DNA of 64,000 nucleotides from Acidobacteriota bacterium (GCA_965209055.1 OZ242374.1:3968001-4032000), one strand, 5' to 3'; positions 37,789 to 47,623 are shown, counted from the first letter of the stretch. Made by a program: numbers and translations. Notes: generated by a model from the letters alone, not told the origin.

Positions 37789-38946
37789 TCACTGTGGCGT
37801 TCCCTGCAGGAAGCTTCCGGCATCGCGCTGCTTCTTATCGCGTTCCTGCGTGTCCAGTCTCTGAAACAGCTCCAGCTCTTTTCGAGCCTCTTCCGTCCGT
37901 CCCAGCGTCTTGTAGATCTGAGCCAACTGATAGTGGGGCTGGGGCTGGTTCGGATCCAGGGCGATGGCTCTCTGCAACGCCGCCACGCCGTCCTGTAGCC
38001 GTCCCTTGGCCACGTAGGCCGAGGACAAGGCGACGTAAGCATCGGGAATCTGATTATCGACGCGGGTCACCGCCTCCAGATGCTGGATCGCTTCGTCGAA
38101 CTTCTGGCGGTAGTTCTTGATGATTCCCAGCTCCAGATTGACGATGGGATGGTGGGGATCGATCTTCAACTCCTTTTCCAGCACCGGCTCCGCCTTGTCG
38201 TACTGTCCCAAACCGAAGTAGAGATCACCCAGCGCGAAGTTGACCCCGGGCGCGTTGGGATTCAGGGCGACGGCTTTCTCGTATTCTTCGATGGCCTGGT
38301 TCAGACGCCCTTGGGTGGCGTAAGCCTCCGCCAGCAATTGGTGGGTGCGGAAGGACTCCGGATCGATCTCCTCGATCCGCGAGAAGACCTGCTGGAACTT
38401 GTCGTAGGCGCTTCTGGTCCGGTTCAAGTAAGCCTGGGCCAAAGTCTGAAGTGCCTCCAGCTCCTGGGGATGTTTCTTGGTGACCTCCTCCAGGTGCTCG
38501 ATACTCTCGTCAAGCCGTTGCAGAGCCAGGAAAGAGACCCCCAGGTAGACCTGCGCCTTGATGTTTTCGGGATTCCGGGAAATCGCCTGTTGGAATGCCC
38601 CGATCGCCTTCTGATAGTCATACAGGCTGTAGTGGGCGAGTCCCAGAAAGAAGTGGGCGTCGGGCAGCTTGGGTTCGAGTCTCAGCGCCTTCTCGATCGA
38701 GGCGACCGCTTCCGTGAATCTTCCCTGAAACTGATGGATCAGCCCCAACTTGGCATGGAGAGGCGCGAACTCGGGTTGGATCGCCAACGCTGCCCGGTAG
38801 GCCTGTTCGGCTGCGCTCCAGTCGCCGTTCTGCTCGGCGCGAGCGGCATTCTGGAGCTGTTCCTGAACCGCTGGAGGCAGTTGGACGGGTGTCCCGGCCG
38901 CCTGCATCCCCACCAATGTCAGAAGCAACAAACTATGAATTGCCAT
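37789..38946 (-). CDS. Exported TPR protein
   Basis: Signal peptide MAIHSLLLLTLVGMQAAG; TPR arrays; HYQLAQIY..LGR.EEA.KELELF end. Confidence 0.87.
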   Translation of the reverse strand: MAIHSLLLLTLVGMQAAGTPVQLPPAVQEQLQNAARAEQNGDWSAAEQAYRAALAIQPEFAPLHAKLGLIHQFQGRFTEAVASIEKALRLEPKLPDAHFFLGLAHYSLYDYQKAIGAFQQAISRNPENIKAQVYLGVSFLALQRLDESIEHLEEVTKKHPQELEALQTLAQAYLNRTRSAYDKFQQVFSRIEEIDPESFRTHQLLAEAYATQGRLNQAIEEYEKAVALNPNAPGVNFALGDLYFGLGQYDKAEPVLEKELKIDPHHPIVNLELGIIKNYRQKFDEAIQHLEAVTRVDNQIPDAYVALSSAYVAKGRLQDGVAALQRAIALDPNQPQPHYQLAQIYKTLGRTEEARKELELFQRLDTQERDKKQRDAGSFLQGTPQ

Positions 38947-38963
38947 CACACAGCTACTACAGC

Positions 38964-41435
38964 CTACGGCTCCGTTACATTCAATTCGGAACCGGCTGGT
39001 ATGGGTCCAGGAAGCACTTGTTGCTGACCTGACGGCCATAGCACCTCGACCTGATCGACACGACCGGCATCGCCGAGCCCGAAGTAGAGCGGCCAGCGAC
39101 TCTGTGAGAGGTATCCGGACTGGCCGTCCCGCACCCTGGTGTAGGTGGCCGAACCCGCGCGGACCGTGACCCGGGCGCCGAGCCCGTCGCGGTTCGAGCG
39201 GGTCCCGGTGAGATTGACTTTGAGGAAATGAATCCGCTTCCGATCAGCCAGGTCGCTGACCAGGACCATGGGTTCGGAATTGAAATCGTTGGTCACGATG
39301 TCAAGGTCCCCGTCGTCATCCAGGTCGAAAATCACCGAGGAACGTGAGCCTATGGCACCCCAGGCCACGACACGGGTGACTTTGGCGCCCCGGGCCCGGA
39401 CCTTTTTGACCAGTTCGTGGTCCTTGTCGGCGCCGAGCACGTCCAGTTCGAACCAGGGGATGAGGGTCCGGCCGCCGCGCCTGGGTTCCACTCCCAAAAT
39501 GAATTCGCTGTCCACGAATCTCCGTCCGCGGTCATTCAGCAGCAGACTGTTGATTCCGTAACGATAGCCGTAGTTCATGCAGGACGTGATGAAGGCGTCA
39601 TCGAATCCGTCGGCGTTCAGGTCCCCCACGCTCAGTCCCCAGGGCCAGTAGTTCTCGGCATTGAATCGATCCGACATTTCCTTGTAGGCGCCATCTCCCT
39701 GTTTGCGGAAGAAGGCGTTTCCCCAGACGTGATTCCCGTCGGTGGCCAACATCTGCTTCTCGGCGATCTCCTCGGGGAAGGGGATCTTTTCCTTCTCGCT
39801 GAACGGATCGAGATGCTTCCACATGTCCGTGTGCATGTCGGTCAGATAGAGGTCCAGGTGACCGTCGTTCTCGAAGTCGAAGACCTTGATCCCCATGGTT
39901 CCCCACGGCGTGGCGGGAAACAGCCGGCGGCTCTTCTTCACGAATCGCCGGCCTTCCACATTCTCGTAGTACTGATCGTGGCCCTGCATGTTGGCCAGAT
40001 AGAGGTCAGGCCACCCATCGTTGTTGGCATCCAGCGGACTGGCGTCGCCCGACCAACTCGTATCCTGCAGACCCGCCTGGACGGTGACGTCGACGAACCG
40101 GTTTCCTCCCTGGTTCCGGTAGAGGATGCTGGGCTCCGAGAGCGCGTCATTCAGGTGGCGGTTGAAGGCATCCGGCGTGGAACGAAAGTAGGTATAGGTG
40201 GCGCGATCGGTTCCCGTAAAGGAGTCATGGACGACCGTCCTGATTTCGTCCGTCGTATAAATGCCGACATTCACCAGGAAGAGGTCCAGGCGGCCGTCGC
40301 GGTCGTAGTCGAAGAAGACCGCCGCCGAGGAATGGCCTTTGTACCCGAGGCCGGACTCGACGCTGATGTCCTTGAAGACTCCCTTCCCGTTGTTCTCGAA
40401 CAACACGTTGCCCCCGCGAACGGTGGTGACGTACAGGTCCGCATCGCCGTCATTGTCGATATCGGCAAAAGACGCGGTCACGCCGATTCGCTCTTTGACA
40501 CCGACCCCCGCCCGCTCCGTGATGTTCTCGAACCTGCCGCCGCCCAGGTTCTTCCAGAGTTCATTGCTGCCGGCCTGGCTCACGAAGTAGATGTCATGCC
40601 GGCCGTCGCCATCGACATCGGCAATGGCGAGTCCGTTGCCATGGTCGTAATGGGCGAAAACAAAGGACCTTCCAGCATCGTCGACGATCCGGTTGCGAAA
40701 AGTGATGCCCGACTCCCCGACCCGGTCCTCAAACGAAAAATCGTGGAGGACCTGCATGCCGCCGGCGCTTTCAAGCTGGGCCTGCCGGCGTTCTTCCAAC
40801 CACGGGAATTCCTGCCACAGGAGACGTTCCTGCAGCGTTGTCAGGACATCCCTCTTCAGGGCCTCTCTCCGGCCGGCTGCGTTGCCGTCGTAGAACCCTC
40901 GGACATGCCCTTGCGGATCGACCAGCATCCATTTCCCGCCGGACTCAAGCGCCGGCCCGGCGAACCCCGCGTCTACTTGCCCGAGTGTGTCCCGGGGACC
41001 GGTCAGGAAGCTCCACTGCGCGCCGTCGACCCCGGCCGCATTTGCGTAACTCCGAAGGACTTCCGGCGAGTCGTGCTCCGGATCGGCCGTAAAGGTGACC
41101 AGACGAATGTCGCCCCAGCCCGGCCGTCTCTTGAGTTCCCCTTGGAGCTTCGCCAGCGCGGCGGTTTGCGACGCCGCCTGCGGATCGCGGGTGCGAATGA
41201 AATCCGCGATCCATGCTTTGCCCAGCAGTTGGTGGGTCCCAAAGGTCCGGGAGAGGTGATCGGTCAAGGAGAACTCGGGCAAACGGCGCAGTACGGGAGG
41301 TTGATGGTCTTGCGGGCGGGTTCTCTCGTCGGCCTCCCGGCGCAGGTTCGGCGCGGCGGCCGGAGCCGCCGCCAGACCGAGCCAAACCACTGCCAATATG
41401 CCGCCCGCCCTCCTTGCCGAATTTGGTGGGGCCAT
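38964..41435 (-). CDS. SCO/SenC-like domain fused to FG-GAP / ASPIC-UnbV protein
   Basis: Signal peptide; LPEFSLTD..LLGKAWIADF..DPEHDSPEVLRSYA..WSFLTG..LVDPQG.VRGFYDG (SCO-like), then DxDxDG blades and GYLSQS..LYFGLG..WPSG. Confidence 0.85.
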   Translation of the reverse strand: MAPPNSARRAGGILAVVWLGLAAAPAAAPNLRREADERTRPQDHQPPVLRRLPEFSLTDHLSRTFGTHQLLGKAWIADFIRTRDPQAASQTAALAKLQGELKRRPGWGDIRLVTFTADPEHDSPEVLRSYANAAGVDGAQWSFLTGPRDTLGQVDAGFAGPALESGGKWMLVDPQGHVRGFYDGNAAGRREALKRDVLTTLQERLLWQEFPWLEERRQAQLESAGGMQVLHDFSFEDRVGESGITFRNRIVDDAGRSFVFAHYDHGNGLAIADVDGDGRHDIYFVSQAGSNELWKNLGGGRFENITERAGVGVKERIGVTASFADIDNDGDADLYVTTVRGGNVLFENNGKGVFKDISVESGLGYKGHSSAAVFFDYDRDGRLDLFLVNVGIYTTDEIRTVVHDSFTGTDRATYTYFRSTPDAFNRHLNDALSEPSILYRNQGGNRFVDVTVQAGLQDTSWSGDASPLDANNDGWPDLYLANMQGHDQYYENVEGRRFVKKSRRLFPATPWGTMGIKVFDFENDGHLDLYLTDMHTDMWKHLDPFSEKEKIPFPEEIAEKQMLATDGNHVWGNAFFRKQGDGAYKEMSDRFNAENYWPWGLSVGDLNADGFDDAFITSCMNYGYRYGINSLLLNDRGRRFVDSEFILGVEPRRGGRTLIPWFELDVLGADKDHELVKKVRARGAKVTRVVAWGAIGSRSSVIFDLDDDGDLDIVTNDFNSEPMVLVSDLADRKRIHFLKVNLTGTRSNRDGLGARVTVRAGSATYTRVRDGQSGYLSQSRWPLYFGLGDAGRVDQVEVLWPSGQQQVLPGPIPAGSELNVTEP

Positions 41436-41735
41436 CGTTTCAGCTACGGGGGTTCGGAGTACCACCCCGTGAAGGGGATAGGATCTTCTTTTTTCGGGAG
41501 CCTGGCAAGGCCAACTCCTGCGCGGCGGAGCTTGGTCAATAGCACCTGGACAGCCGTCACCCATAAGCCTCTCTGTTCCCTCCGGTGGTATTCTTCTAAG
41601 AAAAAGGGGGGGCGATTTCCAATCGCCCAGTCTTCGTTGCCAGGTTTGTCGCACCGGAGATCGGCGGTTAGGAAACCGCCGCTCCTTTTTCGACCGGGCG
41701 TCCGCCGGACTGGGCCGGTGGGGGAGCTTCTGAGA

Positions 41736-43463
41736 ATGTTTCGGTTCTTCGCAAACGGCAGGGGAGCCTTACCAGTGCCGGCCAGGCTGACCCTGGCTCT
41801 GGTTTTCCTGGGTGTGGCCGGTGTCCATGCCGCAGGCGTACCGGCCGGGCTTCAGGATCCCGGCGCCAGAGATTTGACCCCCGTTCCTCATCCCGACCTC
41901 AATGCCGTCGAGCGGATGATTCGGGAGCAACTTCAAGCGGAGCGTTCCAAGTTGGCGGCGATGGTCTCGGCGGTCGAAGTTCCCGATTCGGCTCGGGCTG
42001 ATGCTTTCGGTGGGCTGGGAAGGCTCTACCACGCCTATGATTTCACCGAGGCCGCCCGCGCCTGCTACCGGAATGCGTTGGTCCTGAAGCCGAAGGATTT
42101 TCGCTGGGCCTATCTGCTGGGCCGCCTGTTGGAGAGCCAGGGGGACCTGCAGCAAGCTGTCGAGCAATACCGGCGCGCCGCCGGCATCGAACCCGAAGAT
42201 CTTCCGACACTGCTGCATCTGGCCCAAGCGCAACTGAACCTGAATCGCCCGGACCTGGCCGAACCGCTCTTCAAGGAGGCCATCTCCCGCGACCCGTATC
42301 CGTCGTCAGCCTCGGCGTTGGCGGGGCTGGGCAAGATTGCTCTCTCTCGAAACGATCCTGAGGAGGCCATCGAGTACTTCGAATCCGCCGTCTCGATGCA
42401 ACCGGACGCCAGCAGCATCCACTATCCACTGGCCATGGCCTACCGGCAGATCGGGGATCTGGAGAAAGCGCGGGAACATCTCAGGAAACGCGGGACCAAG
42501 ACCCCGGAATATCCGGATCCGCTGATGGAAGAGCTCCGTAAAGTCAGAACGGGCAAGCAGTTTTTTTGGAGTCAGGGCACAGTGGCGCTGAGCGAAGGAC
42601 GCTTCGCCGAGGCCGCCGAGGCTTTCCGCCAAATGGTGGCGGCCGATCCTCAGGAGCCGATCGCCCACATGGACCTGGGGACGGCGCTGCTTCAAATGGG
42701 AGACGTGGGCGGAGCCATGGCCAAGTACCAGGAATCGCACAGGCTCTCGCCGGGCAATCCCCGGCTTCACTACAATCTGGGGTTGGTTTACACCCTGCGG
42801 AAGGCCTATCCGAAGGCGCTCGAGCATTATCGGAACGCCGTCGAACTGGATCCCGGATTCGAGAACGCCCATTTCAATGCGGCGAATCTATTGATGAGAC
42901 TGGGGGACATGGCGCAGGCCGGGCAGCACTACGGCCGAGTCAATGAACTGAATCCCAGCCACGCGTTTGCCCGATTCATGCAGGCAATGACGTTGGTGAA
43001 GCTGGGCCGTTTTCAGGCCGCGCGAACGCTTCTCGAATCAAGCCACAAGGCTCTGCCGGAGGACATCGATATCGCCCATGCTCTGGCGCGCCTGCTGGCA
43101 GCTTCGCCCCAAAGCACGGTCAACGACGGACGGCTGGCTCTGAAGCTCCTGCAGGATGTCTTCAAGTCCCAGGACGAAGTGGCTTTCGAGCAATTCGAGA
43201 CACTGGCTATGGCTCTGGCAATGAGCGGCCAATTCAATAGAGCTTTGCAGGTCCAGCAGGGAATGATGAACGAAGTCACGCAATCCGGCCGCGCGGATCT
43301 GGCTGCCTTGCTTCAGGAGAATCTGGTTCTTTATCGGAGTGGCCAGCCCTGCCGTAAACCGTGGAGGGCCGACGACCCGATTTTTTCGCCCGTCCCGGGA
43401 GATCTGGCGCCGCTGAAGTCAGCAGGGGAAGGGGCCAATCCATCTCCAGCCCTGACGAATTGA
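41736..43463 (+). CDS. Exported TPR protein (paralog of 22408-24171)
   Basis: Start ATG 41736 within the 1348 aa ORF; PHPDL, DFRWAYLLG, TPRs, QPCRKPWRADDPIFSP. Confidence 0.87.
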   Translation: MFRFFANGRGALPVPARLTLALVFLGVAGVHAAGVPAGLQDPGARDLTPVPHPDLNAVERMIREQLQAERSKLAAMVSAVEVPDSARADAFGGLGRLYHAYDFTEAARACYRNALVLKPKDFRWAYLLGRLLESQGDLQQAVEQYRRAAGIEPEDLPTLLHLAQAQLNLNRPDLAEPLFKEAISRDPYPSSASALAGLGKIALSRNDPEEAIEYFESAVSMQPDASSIHYPLAMAYRQIGDLEKAREHLRKRGTKTPEYPDPLMEELRKVRTGKQFFWSQGTVALSEGRFAEAAEAFRQMVAADPQEPIAHMDLGTALLQMGDVGGAMAKYQESHRLSPGNPRLHYNLGLVYTLRKAYPKALEHYRNAVELDPGFENAHFNAANLLMRLGDMAQAGQHYGRVNELNPSHAFARFMQAMTLVKLGRFQAARTLLESSHKALPEDIDIAHALARLLAASPQSTVNDGRLALKLLQDVFKSQDEVAFEQFETLAMALAMSGQFNRALQVQQGMMNEVTQSGRADLAALLQENLVLYRSGQPCRKPWRADDPIFSPVPGDLAPLKSAGEGANPSPALTN

Positions 43464-43484
43464 CATTTTCGCGCCGGGTCGCCT

Positions 43485-45086
43485 CTACGATCCCGTCTCC
43501 ACCGCCGTAAATCGAACCAGCGTGAGGGAAAACGGCGGGCACGACAAGGTCCACTCTCCACCCTGTCCGCCAACGCTCGCCGCCGCAGGCCTGACTCGAT
43601 CCGGCGCCTGAAAGTCATTGAATTCCAACGGTCCGGAGGCGGTCAGTACGGTCGCCGCAGGCTGCAGCCGCCGGGCGCCCTCAAGGTTCAATCGGACGGT
43701 CTGCTCGCGGCTCAGGTGGGGGTTGACGACGGAGACGACGAACTGGCTCGAATCACTGTTCGCGGAAGCCATGATGTCCAGATCGGGCAGCGAGCGCGTC
43801 CTGCCCTCGTCCACAAATCCGAAGCCGCCGATCGTTGCGTCCACCCCGACGACATCCATGTTCATATGGTGTTTGAGCAGGTCAAAGACATGGAAGGTGG
43901 GAGTTCGAACCAGCTTGGGACCCTGGGTCTTAATGACGTTATGAATGATGTTGATGGATTCGGTCAGATGGGCCAGGCGCAGACGTTTCGCCCTGCGCAT
44001 GAACCCGTGCAGCATGCGTGCCGCCATGAGTGCGTCGCGCATGGTGTCCGGCTGCATCCAGTCCTTTCCTGAAATCTCCACCGGAAAGGATTGAACGGGA
44101 TCGATCTCCTTGTGCCAGGAGCCCCACTCGTCGAGCATGATGCCGATGTCCTTGCGGTCCCCGATCCAGCGGTCGATCGATTTGGCCGCGAGATCAATCA
44201 CTTCCTGACACCGCTCGACATCGGCCAGCAGGGTGTAGGTGTCGGCGGCTTGGCTTTCGGCGGCAAGAGCCGGCTTCAGGTAGCACTGAACCGAAATCAG
44301 GTCGAACAACTCGAGGCGGTCACGGAGTGCTTTCAGCAGCCTGTCGACCCAGTCGGTGTCCGGTTCCCCGTTGATGATGATCTTGGCGTCCGTGGCATAC
44401 TGACGCATGTAGAAACCGTAGCGGCGCACCTGGATGGCGTAGAGTTCGGGCGTCCAGTGATAGCTGGTCTCATTGCCGATGGTCCAGTACTTGACGCCGT
44501 AGGGTTCGGGGTGGCCGTTCTTCCGCCGCAATTCAGCATACTGGGTGTCGTGAGTGCCATTGGCGTATTCCATCCAGGACACGATCTCGCTGGGGTCTCC
44601 CATCCCGATATTGGTCTGGATGACCGGTTCGGCGCCGATGGCGGCGCACCACCGCAGGAACTCGTCGGTTCCAAAGGAATTGGGTTCAACCTCCTGCCAG
44701 AAGTTCATGATGCGGGGCCGTTGAGATCGAGGGCCGATCCCGTCCTTCCAGCGGTAGGTGTCGGCAATGGTCCCCCCCGGCCAGCGAAACGCGGGAGCGC
44801 GGAGTTGGCGATAGGCTTCGATGGTGTCGAGCCGCAAGCCGCCGTCATTGGGGATACTGGAGTCCTCGCCCACCCAGATGCCGTCGTAAATGGTCGTGCC
44901 GATCATCTCCACCATGTGACCGAAGATCCCGGGAGCGACTGTTCCCCGGCGCTCTGAGGGATTCAGCTTCACTGTGTACTCGGCCCCGGATTCGCGGGCG
45001 CCTGGAGGATTGGAGCCCTGCGCTTGGATGGCGGTGGCCGGTCCGGCGGCCGCCGCGAGAATCAGAGGAAGAAACATTCTCTTCAT
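43485..45086 (-). CDS. GH51 alpha-L-arabinofuranosidase, exported
   Basis: YDGIWVG, RWPGG, FGTDEF, IGNE (acid/base), DEWG (nucleophile); signal peptide from ATG 45086. Confidence 0.92.
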   Translation of the reverse strand: MKRMFLPLILAAAAGPATAIQAQGSNPPGARESGAEYTVKLNPSERRGTVAPGIFGHMVEMIGTTIYDGIWVGEDSSIPNDGGLRLDTIEAYRQLRAPAFRWPGGTIADTYRWKDGIGPRSQRPRIMNFWQEVEPNSFGTDEFLRWCAAIGAEPVIQTNIGMGDPSEIVSWMEYANGTHDTQYAELRRKNGHPEPYGVKYWTIGNETSYHWTPELYAIQVRRYGFYMRQYATDAKIIINGEPDTDWVDRLLKALRDRLELFDLISVQCYLKPALAAESQAADTYTLLADVERCQEVIDLAAKSIDRWIGDRKDIGIMLDEWGSWHKEIDPVQSFPVEISGKDWMQPDTMRDALMAARMLHGFMRRAKRLRLAHLTESINIIHNVIKTQGPKLVRTPTFHVFDLLKHHMNMDVVGVDATIGGFGFVDEGRTRSLPDLDIMASANSDSSQFVVSVVNPHLSREQTVRLNLEGARRLQPAATVLTASGPLEFNDFQAPDRVRPAAASVGGQGGEWTLSCPPFSLTLVRFTAVETGS

Positions 45087-45226
45087 TGCTGCTGCCCGCC
45101 TTCCAATTCTCGTGCGTTCCACTCCGGCATATTGCACAATTATTGCGCCCCTTGGTGACCAGCCCGAATTTCTCACCAGGTCGCTAGGAGTATGATTAAA
45201 AAGAACGGAATTGTACGCTTTTGGAC

Positions 45227-45255
45227 TTGACACCTTCCAGGCACTCAGGTAGTAT
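45227..45255 (+). promoter_or_regulatory. Sigma70 promoter for transposase-MTase operon
   Basis: TTGACA-17 nt-TAGTAT abutting left TIR; GGAGGT RBS before ATG 45273. Confidence 0.7.
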
Positions 45256-45272
45256 GTGCATGGAGGTTGTCA

Positions 45273-46157
45273 ATGAACATCATCACGCTATTCTACTCCT
45301 TCAAGACGCAGGAACAAGCGGTCGAATACCTGGAGAAAGTCCGGTGGAACGGCCAGCCGACCTGCCCCTACTGCGACAGCGTGGCCTGCGGGACACACGC
45401 CAGTTCTGACCGCGCCATGCGCCGCTGGCAGTGCCGCGATTGCAAAAGCACCTTCTCCGTCACCGTGGGAACAATCTTCCACGGCACTCACAAGCCGCTC
45501 CGAGACTGGTTCCTCGTCCTGGGCCTGATGCTCAACGCGAAGAAGTCCGCCAGCGCGTGCCAGATTTCCCGCGACCTGGGCATCCGCCGACCCACGGTCT
45601 GGAGCATGATGCACCGAATTCGCGTTGCCATGGACAGCGAACTGGAACGCTCGCTGCTCTATGGGATCGTCGAAGCCGACGAAACCTATGTCGGAGGAAA
45701 GCCCCGGCCCGGCAACAACCGGAAGCCGATCCGCAAGGCCAAGCGTGGCCGCGGTACACAGAAAACCGCCGTGATCGGGATGGTGGAGCGCGGCGGCAAG
45801 GTCATTGCCAAGCCCACGGACCGCCTCACGTCCAACGCGATCTCCAAGTTCGTCGGGGCCTACTTGGACCATGACGCCTCGCTGCTCATCACGGACGAGT
45901 TCAAGGGATACAAGGCGGTCCGGGAAACGGTCCGGTCCGCCGTCATCAATCACTCTCGCCAGTTCGTGGACGGGCTCACGCATACGAACACGATTGAAGG
46001 GTTCTGGTCCCTGGTCAAGAGAGCGTGGTACGGGACACATCACCACTACTCGAACAAGTACATGCCGCTCTATCTGGCGGAGTCCTGCTTCAAGTACAAC
46101 GTCCGCAAGATGGATCACGCCTTCGGCTACGCCTGCAAGGTGCTCGTGGGCGCATGA
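45273..46157 (+). CDS. IS1595 family transposase
   Basis: Zn ribbon CPYC..CRDC, GTIFH, HTH, EADETYVGG, TDE, HTNTIEGFWSLVKR, YLAE. Confidence 0.95.
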   Translation: MNIITLFYSFKTQEQAVEYLEKVRWNGQPTCPYCDSVACGTHASSDRAMRRWQCRDCKSTFSVTVGTIFHGTHKPLRDWFLVLGLMLNAKKSASACQISRDLGIRRPTVWSMMHRIRVAMDSELERSLLYGIVEADETYVGGKPRPGNNRKPIRKAKRGRGTQKTAVIGMVERGGKVIAKPTDRLTSNAISKFVGAYLDHDASLLITDEFKGYKAVRETVRSAVINHSRQFVDGLTHTNTIEGFWSLVKRAWYGTHHHYSNKYMPLYLAESCFKYNVRKMDHAFGYACKVLVGA

Positions 46158-47623
46158 ACCGCCTCTACTACGGCGACAATCTCACGATCATGCGTGAGAT
46201 GCCGCTCCGGTCTGTCGATCTCATCTATTTGGATCCGCCCTTCAACTCGAAGCGGAACTACAACCTCATGTATCGGACCATGACGGGAAAGCCCGTCCCG
46301 GAGTCCGTCGAGGCGTTCTGCGACACCTGGGAGATGGACCCGGAGAAGGAGCAAGCGGCCCGCCAGATGCCCGTCCTGATGCGGGAACACGGCGTAGATG
46401 ACTACTACGTCGAGTTCTGGCGGCTCTGGATGCAAGCTCTTCGGTACACGCAGCCCCACCTGCTGGCCTACCTGATTTACATGGTGGAGCGGCTGCTTCA
46501 AATGAAGGTGCTTCTCAAATCCACCGGTTCGATTTTTCTGCATTGCGATCCCACGGTGAGCCACTACATCAAAGTGATGATGGACGGCGTATTCGGCCAC
46601 CGGAATTTCCGAAACGAGATCATCTGGCACTACGGGCAACGGACGGCCATTTCTAGGCGCCGATTCAGTCGGAAGCATGACGTGATCCTGTTCTACTCGA
46701 AAAGCCCGAAAACCGTTCTCAATCCGATAACTCAGACGTGGAAGAAGGAGGAATTTCTGGCACGTCGCCACGATGTCAAAACGGACGAGGACGGGAGAGA
46801 GTTCATTTGGACGGATGGTGGAGCAAAAGGAGTCCGCTACAAGCGGATGGTCGATGACGTGATTGCCAAGGGCAAGCCCCTCGATTCAGTCTGGGATATT
46901 CCGATCCTGAATTCAGCCGCGAAAGAGCGCCTGGGCTATCCGACCCAGAAGCCTAGCCGACTTCTCAAGCGGATCATCAAGGCGAGTTCCAATTCGGAGG
47001 ACGTGGTATTCGACCCCTTTTGCGGATGCGGAACGACCATCTATTCGGCCCACGAGCTGGGCCGGTCCTGGATCGGCTGCGACATTGCCATTCTGGCGGT
47101 CCGTCTGGTGGCCGACACTTTGGACGCTCGCTATGGGTTGCGGGATGATCGCCACTACCAGGTCACCGGAATTCCGGCCAGCTATGACCAGGCCGTGGAC
47201 TTGTTCAAGCGCGACCCGTTCCAGTTCGAGCACTGGGCCGTGGAGCGAGTGGGAGGGTTCCCGAATCAGAAGCAGGTGGCGGACAAGGGCATCGACGGCC
47301 GCATCTACTTCGACGCGCCGGACGGCTTGGAGTCCATGGTGCTGTCCGTGAAGGGCGGTCATATCAAGCCCATGGACATTCGGGAGCTGCGCGGCGTCGT
47401 GGAGCGGGACGAGGCACTGATGGCGGGATACATCTGCAACCGGGAGCCGTCCAAGGCCATGCTGCGCGAGGCGGCAATGGCCGGGATGGTCCAAGTCGGA
47501 GAGCACCAATACCCGCACGTCCAGATTCTCACCACGCGGGAGATGGTCAAGGGCAAGACGTTCGAGACGCCAACGCGGATCACGTCGAAGGTCAGGAAGG
47601 GACAGGGCGCGTTCCGGTGGTAG
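46154..47623 (+). CDS. N6-A/N4-C DNA methyltransferase (beta class) with C-terminal Mrr-like domain
   Basis: LYYGDNL, DLIYLDPPF, YPTQKP, DPFCGCGTT; tail FQFEHWA..DKGIDG..LSVKGG..IRELRG; ATGA overlap with transposase. Confidence 0.9.
   Translation: MNRLYYGDNLTIMREMPLRSVDLIYLDPPFNSKRNYNLMYRTMTGKPVPESVEAFCDTWEMDPEKEQAARQMPVLMREHGVDDYYVEFWRLWMQALRYTQPHLLAYLIYMVERLLQMKVLLKSTGSIFLHCDPTVSHYIKVMMDGVFGHRNFRNEIIWHYGQRTAISRRRFSRKHDVILFYSKSPKTVLNPITQTWKKEEFLARRHDVKTDEDGREFIWTDGGAKGVRYKRMVDDVIAKGKPLDSVWDIPILNSAAKERLGYPTQKPSRLLKRIIKASSNSEDVVFDPFCGCGTTIYSAHELGRSWIGCDIAILAVRLVADTLDARYGLRDDRHYQVTGIPASYDQAVDLFKRDPFQFEHWAVERVGGFPNQKQVADKGIDGRIYFDAPDGLESMVLSVKGGHIKPMDIRELRGVVERDEALMAGYICNREPSKAMLREAAMAGMVQVGEHQYPHVQILTTREMVKGKTFETPTRITSKVRKGQGAFRW

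Noticed and set aside
24400-40700. Recurring GAC-x-GAC-x-GAC-GGC nucleotide motifs suggesting a repeat array
   Set aside because: These are coding FG-GAP DxDxDG blades, not CRISPR or non-coding repeats; no repeat-spacer array seen in the window
24164-41435. Enediyne biosynthetic cluster implied by UnbV-like domains
   Set aside because: No PKS, thioesterase or other enediyne core genes; ASPIC/UnbV domains are widespread outside such clusters
39417-41735. N-terminal 773 aa of the 1348 aa plus-strand ORF
   Set aside because: Antisense shadow of the SCO/ASPIC gene; the recognisable TPR protein with signal peptide starts at 41736
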